Origin: Laetmonice hystrix
Taxonomy: Eukaryota
NCBI GenBank assembly: GCA_965235115.1
Contig: OZ249440.1
Location: forward strand, 35,838,001-35,902,000
Direction of reading: 5' to 3'
Length of the DNA stretch: 64,000 nt
The notes beneath the pieces were generated by a model that was not told where the DNA came from, ran no database searches, and saw only the letters and a program-made list of their open reading frames with translations. Position numbers and translations under genes: made by a program. The first letter of the stretch is position 1, and every line of letters begins with the position of its first letter. Of this stretch, positions 13,107 to 23,146 are shown piece by piece.

Positions 13107-15968
13107 TCATTCCCAATTCGGAATCTTTAAATTAAGTTCTCCCTTAACCATATTTTTAAATCTAGCTAAGTTTTCACAGCTACGTTTTTCAAAAGATAAG
13201 CAATTCCATATTATTCCAATCGAGTATTCTAGACTGCGCATATATGGTGCTGTGTGAGGTGTTAGTACATCTAGGACAGGACCTTCCATGTTTCTGGTGC
13301 GGCAATGTCGTTTGTCAAGGAGATCATCACATCTGGAGCGTTTATAACCCTCAATCTGTTGATGGGCATATCTTCTATCTGACAAGTATGGAATTTTTCC
13401 CTGAGAGTGCAGATTAGCGGTGGCGATATATCCATGTTCTTTACAGCATATTTTTAAACATTTGTTCTGTGCTCGTTGTAATTTAGCTAGCCAAGTTGAG
13501 GACATATTAGCAAAGAGAATATCACCATATTCCATTATTGGAAGAACGTAGCTTTTATATATCTTAATAAGTGATTGTTTATCTAAATAGCATGAGAGCT
13601 TGCGGAGTTGGTATTGCCTGAAGTGCACATTTTTTAATAAGGCACTCATAAATGGTTCGTAACTTAACATTGGATCGAGGACCACACCAAGGTATTTGTA
13701 GCTCGCAACATGACCTAGTTTTACTTTATTCAGTTGTAATTCAATGTTTAACTTATTATTATTATTTTTCTTTCCAAACACCATGAATTTTGTTTTCTTG
13801 GCATTAACAGTTAGTTTGTTAACTGTACACCAATTACTAAAAAGATTTAGATCCCTTTGTAGTTCAACTTCCACAGTATTGAGACTGTTGCCTGATTTAG
13901 AAAGTGCAGTGTCATCACAATACAGTTTGATTTTAGATGATATACCGCAGTGCTCTACATCATTTACGTATAGCAAGAAAAAAGTAGGCCCCAAAATGGA
14001 GCCTTGTGGTACTCCACAACTAATGTTCTTTACTTGAGATAGTTTATTATTTGCTAAAGTACATTGCGTTCTATCTTTTAAATAGTCCTGTATCCATATT
14101 GCTACTTTTCCCTTAATACCATAATATGACATTTTCCTCAATAAAATCGAGTGATCTACGCAGTCAAATGCCTTTTTTAAGTCAATGTAGACAGCTATTG
14201 TTTGCCTGCCAACATTCCTTTCACGTAAGATGTCGTCAGTAAAGTAGCCAACTGTTTGGATCGTGGAGCGTCCCTTCCTATATCCACCCTGATTATTAGA
14301 TATTATATTATTATTTTCTAGGAAGTCAATGAGCGTCCTTTGGACAATCTTTTCTAATAATTTGCCTGGCAAGGGCAACAGTGATATAGGGCGTAAATTA
14401 GAAACATCATGTCTATCCCCACCTTTCGGTATTGGTATAACAGTACCCTTTTTCCATTTAAGGGGGACCTGCCCCTTATTCAGGGATAATGAAAACATAA
14501 AGAATACTTGATCGACAAGGACCATAAAAGCATCTTTCAAGATTCTACTCGAAATACCCTCAACTGAGGAAGTTTTAGTGGTATTAATCTTTTTAATAAG
14601 ATGTCTTAAAAGCTGTTTATCAATTTTAATTTCATTTAATTTGGCATTGACAGGAGGTCCAAAGAATTCCCATTCCTTATCAAAGTTGCGCGATAAATCC
14701 GCGCCGACATTAGAAAAATAATCATTGATAAAGTCGGCAGTATCGTGTCTATCTATAGTTTCATTATTATTTTGGTTTATTAAGTCTATGATTATATCAG
14801 TTTTATTACCTCCTGGTAACAGCTTACTAATTTCTTTCCAGAATTTCTTTTGGTTGACTATGTTTTCTTGAATAATATTTTTTACATAGTCCTGTTTACA
14901 CTTTCTTATAAACTTTGTGGTCATATTACGGACCTTTCTGGCGTTGGCTTTTTTTGTACTATCATTAGATTTCTTTGCTTCATCACACAATTCATCTTTC
15001 CTTTTAATTTGCTCAAGAACCTCTGGGGTTATCCAGGGTTCCCTTGTCGCTTTAACAGAGTATGTCTTATATGGGCACATGCCGTCAAGAATTCGAACAA
15101 TTTTCAGTTCCATATTATCCCAAAGCCGGTTTGGATTATCAAGACTATAAAAGTCTTCCCAGTTGGCTGAGATAAGTTTTTCTTGAAAAAGAGTTGGATT
15201 ATAGTTTTTGTAAGATCTACCTGTAAAGGATATTTTATTTGCATATTTTTTACTGTGCTTTCTAGTTATGAAAACCATTTCATGGTCACTGATGTTACTG
15301 TTAATCACGCCTGAATTGCTTATATTATCAGAATTGCTAAATATAAGATCCAGACAACTTGTAGTGAGATCATACCGTGTGGGGCTTTCTATATGGGATT
15401 TCAAACCACATTCCAAAAGCGTATTCTTGAGATATTTAACGTCAGGGTTACTGACCTTAAGCAAGTCTATATTCATATCCCCAAGAAGAATAATGTCCAT
15501 GGATTTAGCACTCAAGATCTGATCCAGAACATTCTGAATACGTTCAATAAAATTCTTTTTGTTACCCGCAGGTGGCCTGTATGTGTTTAATATAAGGACG
15601 TCCTTCATATTTTCATATTTAACTTCTATACACTGTAATTCTATATCCGATGAGGACACATTTAAGTGCGACCACGTTGTATCAGAGAAATTAAGAGATG
15701 CTTTCATATAAATACATAGTCCTCCTCCTTTTTTAACTCTTCCACTTTCAGACCAGTTCCTGTCATGCCTAATCAGTGTATAAGTAGGGATAACATAATG
15801 ATCAGACGAATCTAGTTCACCCAACCATGTTTCAGACATTGTAATGGCATCAATGCTTTTATTTGATAATTCTAGAGCTAATTGGTCATGTTTATTGCGC
15901 AGACTTCTCACATTAAGATGTATGTAATGATTTCCTTTCTGACTAACTATTTCACTAAGTCTAGTCAT
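13107..15968 (-). CDS. LINE ORF2: APE endonuclease plus reverse transcriptase (953 aa, intact)
   Basis: EEP motifs HLNVRSL, SETWL, GGGLCIY, YRPP, GDMN, LDLIF, SDH; RT motifs LRPISLL, DLKKAFD, GVPQGSILGP, YCDD, YKYLGV; no RNase H. Confidence 0.95.
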   Translation of the reverse strand: MTRLSEIVSQKGNHYIHLNVRSLRNKHDQLALELSNKSIDAITMSETWLGELDSSDHYVIPTYTLIRHDRNWSESGRVKKGGGLCIYMKASLNFSDTTWSHLNVSSSDIELQCIEVKYENMKDVLILNTYRPPAGNKKNFIERIQNVLDQILSAKSMDIILLGDMNIDLLKVSNPDVKYLKNTLLECGLKSHIESPTRYDLTTSCLDLIFSNSDNISNSGVINSNISDHEMVFITRKHSKKYANKISFTGRSYKNYNPTLFQEKLISANWEDFYSLDNPNRLWDNMELKIVRILDGMCPYKTYSVKATREPWITPEVLEQIKRKDELCDEAKKSNDSTKKANARKVRNMTTKFIRKCKQDYVKNIIQENIVNQKKFWKEISKLLPGGNKTDIIIDLINQNNNETIDRHDTADFINDYFSNVGADLSRNFDKEWEFFGPPVNAKLNEIKIDKQLLRHLIKKINTTKTSSVEGISSRILKDAFMVLVDQVFFMFSLSLNKGQVPLKWKKGTVIPIPKGGDRHDVSNLRPISLLPLPGKLLEKIVQRTLIDFLENNNIISNNQGGYRKGRSTIQTVGYFTDDILRERNVGRQTIAVYIDLKKAFDCVDHSILLRKMSYYGIKGKVAIWIQDYLKDRTQCTLANNKLSQVKNISCGVPQGSILGPTFFLLYVNDVEHCGISSKIKLYCDDTALSKSGNSLNTVEVELQRDLNLFSNWCTVNKLTVNAKKTKFMVFGKKNNNNKLNIELQLNKVKLGHVASYKYLGVVLDPMLSYEPFMSALLKNVHFRQYQLRKLSCYLDKQSLIKIYKSYVLPIMEYGDILFANMSSTWLAKLQRAQNKCLKICCKEHGYIATANLHSQGKIPYLSDRRYAHQQIEGYKRSRCDDLLDKRHCRTRNMEGPVLDVLTPHTAPYMRSLEYSIGIIWNCLSFEKRSCENLARFKNMVKGELNLKIPNWE

Positions 15969-16371
15969 AACTAATTTTAAAAAGGGAATTCCATCCAGTT
16001 TCCAATAATGCCGGCAATAAATCCAACCCCTCGATCAAGTAAAGAGAAAGAAGAAGCAAGGAGGATATCACAAAATTAATGATAGTGTTAGTGAACAGAG
16101 AAAACAAAACTAAGGTACATATGATTGCTTTCAACAGGGAAAGGTAAACTAACGTAAATACAAGTGACAGATTACGACTCTTGAGGTCATCTGTCAGAGG
16201 CAGGTTCATCCGAACCGTATTAAGTCGATGTCGCATAATAGAACAAACGATTATGAGACATCGTGCTGCGGAGATATGGGCTACATCCCTACTACATTTT
16301 AAGTCATGAACTTATTTTTTGCCAATACGTTACCAATACAATGCTACAAAACTTAGATAACTTCAAAGAAG

Positions 16372-17640
16372 CCATAAACAGTAACTTAAAGTAATGATCA
16401 ACCTCTCGTTATATGCGTACTATTGCTTATCACGCAGACTACTAACCTTGGTGTCAACTGAAATACATCTTACTAAACATTACCACAGCGCGACTCAACG
16501 ATAAGAGACAAGTACTATTCACACAAACGGGAACCAGAAAGAAAACCAAGCTTACAAGCTAAAAGATATAAACTAGCTACTCGGCGTGCAGGGTAATAAC
16601 CCGTTAGCTCGGGCAATTCAGAAAACCCGTATTAAGCATGACCTATATCGCAATTCAAAAACAGAGCAATAATATTGTACTTGACTCGTAGGAACTCAAA
16701 AACATAATAACGATGTTTACAGTACAATACAATACATGAATGCACATCACCCAACTATGTTTCAAACCATAAACAGTAACTTGAAATAATCATCAACCTC
16801 TCATTATATGCGTACAAATGCTTATCACTCAGACAACTAACCTTGGAGTCAACTGAAAAACATCTTACTAAACATAATCATAATGCGACTCAAAGATGAG
16901 AGACAAGTAGCACTCACACAACCGGGAACCAGAAAAGAGACTAAGCTTACAAGCTAGAAGATAACCGAGCCTTGCTCAAAGACAGCCTTGTAAACTTAGC
17001 ATAAGCTTCATGCCAAAAAGAAGAGAAAAACTAGCTACTCGGCGTGCAGGGTAATAGCCCGTTAACTTGGGCAATATTCAGAAAACCCGTACTAAACATG
17101 ACCTATATCGCGATTCAAAAACAGCAATAATATTGTACTTGACCCGTAGAAACTCAAAAACATAATAACGATGTTTACAGTACAATACAATACATGAATG
17201 CACATCACCCAACTATGTTTCAAACCATAAACAGTAACTTGAAATAATCATCAACCTCTCATTATATGCATACAATTGCTTATCACTCAGACAACTAACC
17301 TTGGAGTCAACTGAAAAACATCTTACTAAACATAATCATAATGCGACTCAAAGATGAGAGACAAGTAGCACTCACACAACCGGGAACCAGAAAAGAAGCT
17401 AAGCCTACAAGCTAGAAGATAACCTTATAAACTTAGCATTTAAGCTTAATACAAGTCTGACCTTATCGTGATTCAAAGACAGAGCAACTGTACTTGAGTC
17501 GTAGGAACTCGAAAAACATAAATAACAATGATTACAATACAATAGGCCTACATAAATGCACATCACGCAAGCCACTAGAGGAAAAAAAACTAGTCTTACA
17601 AGCTAAAAGCGATGACCGAGCCTACATCGAAGATAGTCTT
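16372..17640. repeat. Three imperfect tandem units of about 400-460 bp in the inter-ORF spacer
   Basis: ccataaacagtaactt recurs at 16372, 16767 and 17225 followed by long collinear similarity. Confidence 0.9.
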
Positions 17641-17692
17641 ATAATCATATTATGAACTCAATAAAACAAGAACTAATACTCAACGTCATACT

Positions 17693-19069
17693 TTACTGCG
17701 GCCGGTTCGCCTCACGGTACTGGTACAAAAGGTCACCAAGTCTGTTCCCTCCTTTGGCCTTGTCCTTTGTAAGGTTGATTCGACGTGCCTGGGCAATTGT
17801 GAACCCAGAGCCCCAATGTGAGTCACCAGTGCCTTCATACAGGTATCCAACAGTTTTTAACAGCTTTTCTTTTATGAGATTGTTCTGCTCAAACTTTTGT
17901 TCAACAAAGGCTTGCATATATTTATCCCGGTTTTTAATCCATGTCGTGTTATCTTTAGCAACCTTTCCTGCCTCCTTGGCCTTGTATGGATCCTTCATCT
18001 GAGCAATACGTTGGGACAAATCTTTGTTTCCACATATCAGCGCTCTTTTCGACTGGTAGCATACCTCTACAGATGGGTAAATTTCATCCTCGTAGGTGAA
18101 CGTAGACGGAAACATGTTGGAAAGGAATGCGTGTTCTCCTTGGAAGATCGTGCCATCACCCACTGTCACAACTTTAACCCTCTCAATTTTCTTGTCCTCT
18201 GGGAGCCTATCAAGCTCTTTAAATGTATACTTTTCACCGTTGAGGATTAGGGTTAGGCCTTTGACTTTACAATCATTATTTAAGCTGCGACAGTATGCTG
18301 CTAAACTTCGGAGATCACGCCGTTTTCTCGCTTCATCACGTGTTAGATCATCGTTTATAAAAACGTTCTTCCATTTTTCATTTCCTTTCAGTTTGTTTAC
18401 ATTCTGATAAATGATTTGCCGTTGACGGGGTGAGGAGAATTTAACCATGATCAGGCGTGGCCTTCCACGTGTTGCGTCTGATAGACCGGGCTGGTTTGCA
18501 CCTGGCTGTCTCGGTACTTGTGCCTGGTGTTGTGTGACAGAGCGTGGCCGTGCCACTTGTTCTTGACCAATACGGTAACAAGCCACCATTTCCCCAAAGT
18601 CAGGACCAACTCCGAGATCCTTGAATAAAGCGTTGACTTGTTCTCTTACATGTACATTCTTCTCTTCCTTTAATCCAGATATTACTATATTACACCTTCT
18701 TCTCTTCTTTTCAAGAATTTGCAGTCGTTCCTCAAGTTGTTCAATTTCAGTTTGCTGAACCATAACCTTCTTGGTAAGATTTGTTAAATCCTCCGTCACC
18801 TTAGAATCACGCCTGTTTATTTCGGTAATCAGCTGATCTATTTTGTCCCTGACATCATATCTTTCAATCTTCTGGGACAGCTCTTCAAGCTTTCTATTAA
18901 TGAGGCAAAGAGAGAAAGTTTCAGCTTCCTGCAAGTCTTCCTCACCTGACTGCTGATCACCTTGGATTTCTGTCCGCTCCAATACGTGTGTGCTTGACCT
19001 ACCGTCCATGTCGGCGGAGTCCCCTTTCTTTTTTCGCGAGTTTCTAACATGCCTTGAAGCCATATTCAT
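17693..19069 (-). CDS. LINE ORF1 (coiled coil plus RRM-like core) fused to a C-terminal NADAR/YbiA domain (458 aa, intact)
   Basis: Heptad coiled coil, then NIVISGLKE, YRIG, RPRLIMVKF, VFINDDLT (ORF1-type). From about aa 307: FLSN, PSVE..YQ, W..M..KFEQN, LLKT, LYE, DSHWGSG, GGNRLGDLL..YRE, collinear with the YbiA/NADAR consensus. Confidence 0.9.
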   Translation of the reverse strand: MNMASRHVRNSRKKKGDSADMDGRSSTHVLERTEIQGDQQSGEEDLQEAETFSLCLINRKLEELSQKIERYDVRDKIDQLITEINRRDSKVTEDLTNLTKKVMVQQTEIEQLEERLQILEKKRRRCNIVISGLKEEKNVHVREQVNALFKDLGVGPDFGEMVACYRIGQEQVARPRSVTQHQAQVPRQPGANQPGLSDATRGRPRLIMVKFSSPRQRQIIYQNVNKLKGNEKWKNVFINDDLTRDEARKRRDLRSLAAYCRSLNNDCKVKGLTLILNGEKYTFKELDRLPEDKKIERVKVVTVGDGTIFQGEHAFLSNMFPSTFTYEDEIYPSVEVCYQSKRALICGNKDLSQRIAQMKDPYKAKEAGKVAKDNTTWIKNRDKYMQAFVEQKFEQNNLIKEKLLKTVGYLYEGTGDSHWGSGFTIAQARRINLTKDKAKGGNRLGDLLYQYREANRPQ

Positions 19070-19359
19070 AAATTTTCTGTCTTAGATGAGCCACCGTATA
19101 TCCATATGTCGGCGTATGTGTGGTTACATGTAGCAACAGTCAGTAACGTAAAGCAACACCCATTACACTGCAGCGCGTGTTCCACTGCGTGTGTCTAGCC
19201 CGGCGCCATCTTGCATTAATGATGCCTTAAGCATAGTGATATCCGACTTTTTGGAGGAGATGGATATTTCTGAAAGTTTAAAGTGCTCTAGAAAAGTTAG
19301 TTTTTAATATTTTTACGATCAGCCCAAAACATAACGAATGGCAACACTTACTTTACACA

Positions 19360-19850
19360 CATGGTGGTCCACTATTTAGTCTCCTGACATTGTCCTGAAC
19401 ATACAACTGGCCAGAGTCTGTGGGTGGTTGTTACTCTCTGCTCACTGTTCTCCACTCCACTCAACTCTCCTCCTCTCCACTCTACTTAACTCAACTGCCT
19501 GACTCTACAAACTGGGGTTGTATATATACCCCTTTGACCAATTAGGGCGGGGCTAAGTAATTAGCCCCTGCTCACTCACCGGAACGGCGCCTGCATTGAG
19601 CTGTCAGGTTTTGTTCATATCTACTATCTTTCTACTGACTAACCTAACACACAATCTACCACCACCATCATATAGTGTATACCATTCTGATCATAACGAT
19701 ACCGAATATGATATTCTAAATATAATAACTTTCACTTGAGGGTAAATCTTCATATCCACACACAATTAAACATTATATTGACAAATACTACACACACCCT
19801 GAGACCTTAGATAACCATTCAGTAACTTGTGCATCTTGTAAAGTGAAAAG
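19360..19850 (-). mobile_element. LTR-like fragment related to 25650-26465
   Basis: Shares the ordered motifs tatatatac, ggcgg.gct, taattagccc, accggaac with about 26060-26135; boundaries uncertain. Confidence 0.4.
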
Positions 19851-19855
19851 GTAAT

Positions 19856-20612
19856 GGGTCATTCCATACCAAATCACCCAGGGCCTCCCAGTTCAAATCA
19901 TAGATTTTGATGAAATTTTACTCATAAAAACGTTGATCCAATTCATGGGGCCATGCAAAATTTTATTTCTGTACTCCAAATAGTTTTCGAGATATGAATT
20001 TTTAAATTGGTCACCCCTTGGACCCTTTCTAGACTTAAGTTTCGCCTATTTTTGTGCCGATTTTGAGGACCTATAACAGCACAATTATAAGAGTGAGCAT
20101 TCCCATATTTCATTAACTTACTATCCGTGGTGGGTATATGCAAAATACAAGACAACAGGTTCATCCAGGGAAAATTCTTTCTGTACGAGTGGTGCCAAAA
20201 TGGCGTTTTGGCTAATTTTTACCTAAAATATTTAGCTGCGCTACAGGGTTTTTTCCATTTGAAAAGGCATATTTTCTTTAATTTTTCATAGATCTTCACA
20301 AAACTTTCAGGGAATGCTTACTGGCCATATTCCTATATAATCATAGTCCAAAATGGTTCACTTATGCTAAAAAGTCCCAGTTCTTCGACCTTAAGCATAG
20401 TGATATCCGACTTTTTGGAGGAGATGGATATTTCTGAAAGTTTAAAGTGCTCTAGAAAAGTTAGTTTTTAATATTTTTATTTTAAATTTGGCACATGGAT
20501 AGTCTATGGGGAGGTCCTTTAGGAAAATATATTACAAGTTTCGAACTTGGATTAGATTTTTAATGAAGTCCTATCAAAAATGGCAAAAAATGAAAAATAT
20601 GGTATCGGGCCC
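19856..20612. mobile_element. Non-autonomous DNA transposon remnant
   Basis: GGG...CCC termini; the internal segment at about 20389-20479 is duplicated at about 19224-19314. Confidence 0.4.
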
Positions 20613-20628
20613 CACATAGAAAAAATTG

Positions 20629-21286
20629 TCACACAAAAGGGATTGAGAGCACAGTCTCCAAACTCCAAACTGCTGCTGTCGATCCACGCTTCCGCTTTCC
20701 GGACATTAGGGCGAAGAGGAGAGGGATCTGTTTCGTGTTTTCGGCGGACCTCACAAAGGCATGGATGGAGAAGAGCTGGGAGAAGGGTGGCTTCACGACG
20801 TGGAACGTAGCGTCCATGTACCATCGCTTGGCCCTGCTGAGGAGCTGGAGCTGCTGCTGGGTGGCAAAAAGGAGGTGGCGCCGTCCTTCGGTGAGAAGGT
20901 CTCCCTTCAGGAAGTTGTCTGGGAGGTGGTCTTCCTGGAGGTGGAATTCCAGGTCAGTCGGATCCTCGGGACGGGCTCTTTGGCGGGCGTAGTTAGCATT
21001 TCGTACCAGGTAGTCCTGGCGTTGGAGGGCGGGACAGGGGGCGTTCCCTAGGTGCTCAGTCAAGGCCACCTCTGCGATGGCTGCTGCCGACCGAAACACG
21101 TCGCCGAGGGCCTTGACCTTTACTTGCTTCGCCACCTTGGCTGCGATGGCACCTCCTGGGATGGCAGGGTGGATGTGGGCTGTCTCGCCTGGAGTAAACG
21201 TATCCCCGACTTGGCGTACCATCTACTTCACCTTCTATGATCCCTTCCGATCTTGCTTCTAACACCACCTTTTCAGCTGCATACAC
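20629..21286 (-). pseudogene. MULE transposase fragment
   Basis: WYMDATFHVVKPPFSQLFSIHAFV...IPLLFALMSGK matches the first catalytic Asp region of MULE transposases. Confidence 0.85.
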
Positions 21287-21883
21287 TCAAGTGTATGGCC
21301 GTACCTGCATGATATGTCTTGCAAAATTTAGGACAACCTGATGTCTTCTAAGAAATGTGTCTCCCAATACCATCAATAACTGCCTTGATTCCACAACATA
21401 CAACTTCACTCTAAACGCACTATGACCAATACGTACTGTCAGATACACCTTACCTTTTAAACAGGCTCTTTTTGCACCGTTTGCTAGTAGTACAGCTGAA
21501 TACTCAGACTTATGTATTGGAACCGTCTTTACAATTAGCAGCTTGTCTAATAATGCAGTTGATATTGTATTAATCTGAGCTCCAGAGTCAATAAGAGCGG
21601 TCGTCTTAATACCAAATACATTTACTGGTATAAAGTTATTCTGTTCCAGATTCACCACAACACTTTGTTCTTCTCTATATTGTCTTTCGTCTTCGAACTC
21701 ATTACCACTGTTCTGTAACCTTTGTACTGGTTCATCTTTATCAGGAAATTGAGCATGATTACTTACTGAGGTTGGATTCATTCTCGTTCTCGTTGGGGGC
21801 TTGACTTTACCTGTCAATGTCCTTTGTTTCTTGGTTTTACTAGGCAACGTCCTTCTCACGCTGCTACACCCTAATAGTTTTTT
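21287..21883 (-). pseudogene. pol: Gypsy element B protease (5' part of pol, truncated)
   Basis: TALIDSGAQINTIS and LGDTFL motifs; reached by a -1 shift at AAAAAAC. Confidence 0.85.
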
Positions 21884-22710
21884 GAATATCTTGGGCGTGA
21901 TCCGTCTCTGCGTCCGTAATTACCCCATCCGTCGCGCGCTGTGTTGTTTCGTGCCGCGCCTTGCCTGTCGCATCCATAGCGCTGCTGCTGAAATTCCATC
22001 GGCTCTTCTCTCCTCTCCGGTGGTGGCCGTTGTCTGGGGGTGGGCATCGGCCTCTCCGTCGCTCTCATCGGTGCGTGGGGTGCCGGACTTCCATCTCTTG
22101 CTGTAAATCGGTTGTATCTCGGTTGAAACAATACAAACCCTTGATGTGCGTGTTCCAGTGCGTCCCCGAGATCAGTGATGACAGCATTATTCACCCATCT
22201 GTAGATAGCGTCGGGCAGTCCTATGATAAATTTGCTGAGGACTTCTGCTTGTGTTTTCCCTAGCCATCCGCCTAGGTCTTCAAGTTTGTCTGCATACTCC
22301 TCGAGTGTGGTAAACCGCTGGTCGTATTTTGTATTTGCAAATTCTTGTTCGATTGACTGTGTCGTTAGCACCTTGGTACCGTCGAATGAAAGCTTCCTTT
22401 AACTCCCGAAAGTCCGTCTTAGTTTGTATCGTTAGATTTGCGTACCACTGTAGGGCTGCGGGATTGAGGGAGGTAGGAAATGCTCTTGCCCGTTGAGTTT
22501 GGTTCCATCCATTAAATTCAGCTATGGCATCAAAGTGTAGGAGGTAGGTGGTGGGATCTTCTCCACGATTGTACTTTTGTGGGTGCTTACGAAAGTCACT
22601 CACCACTTCCCTGTTGCATTTGCTGGTCTTGAATGCCTTGTAGAGATTCTCCCAGCTCTCTCAGTGCTCCCTCCACAGTCTGTTTCCATGCATTTTCTTC
22701 GGCCATTTTC
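21871..22710 (-). pseudogene. gag: Gypsy element B gag (internal frameshift near 22375)
   Basis: YLLHFDAIAEFNGW...ALQWY...ELKEAFIRRY followed by VLSKFIIGLP capsid motifs in two frames. Confidence 0.75.
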
Positions 22711-22795
22711 CTTTTTGTTTCTGCGTTGATCCTTAATTTTCTGTGTCGTGCCTTAACTTTCGGTGTCGTGCCTTAATTACCCGGGTTCTCCACCA

Positions 22796-23146
22796 TGTAA
22801 CGACTATTGGGGTTCGGTTGTTGTGTTTCTTAGGATCGGGGCTCGCAGATAAAACTGACGACGCCGTGTTTAGGCATACAGATTCCTCTTTATTCCGTCT
22901 CGGTCTACATTGAACTCGCTTCTCCCCCTCTCTCTCTCTCAACACCAACATATATCTCTCTATCTCATAGTTTACAGTACTTTCTATTGGCTGGGGCGAT
23001 CGCACCCGAACCAGCGCACCTCTCACCTCTGGGAGCGGGGCATGACCTTGACTACCTGGGCGCCACCACCGTGACTACCTGGGTGCCACCACCGTGACTA
23101 CCTGGGTGCCGCCCGCCAAGCAAGGCAAAACCATTATACCGTGACA
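22796..23146 (-). mobile_element. 5' LTR of Gypsy element B
   Basis: TGTAACG...CGTGACA termini; adjacent PBS-like TGGTGGAGAACCCGGG (22780-22795, tRNA-Ala-like); internal 23-bp tandem repeats. Confidence 0.7.

Larger units (their letters stand above)
12700..19215 (-). mobile_element. Apparently full-length CR1/L2-group non-LTR retrotransposon with an ORF1-NADAR fusion
   Basis: 5' end with YY1-like AAGATGGCG (about 19204-19212), intact ORF1, repeat-rich spacer, intact ORF2, 3' stem-loop (about 12818-12872), AATAAA and poly(A) at 12700-12716; no clear TSD seen. Confidence 0.85.

Noticed and set aside
13911..13925. YCDD instead of YADD in the LINE RT as an inactivating change
   Set aside because: Both catalytic Asp residues are intact and the second position of YxDD is variable
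17693..18150. NADAR as bacterial contamination
   Set aside because: It is in frame with a LINE ORF1, has similar composition to the element, and recurs in a decayed copy interrupted by a host LINE
12670..19240. Target-site duplication for the NADAR LINE
   Set aside because: No convincing direct repeat was found at the two flanks
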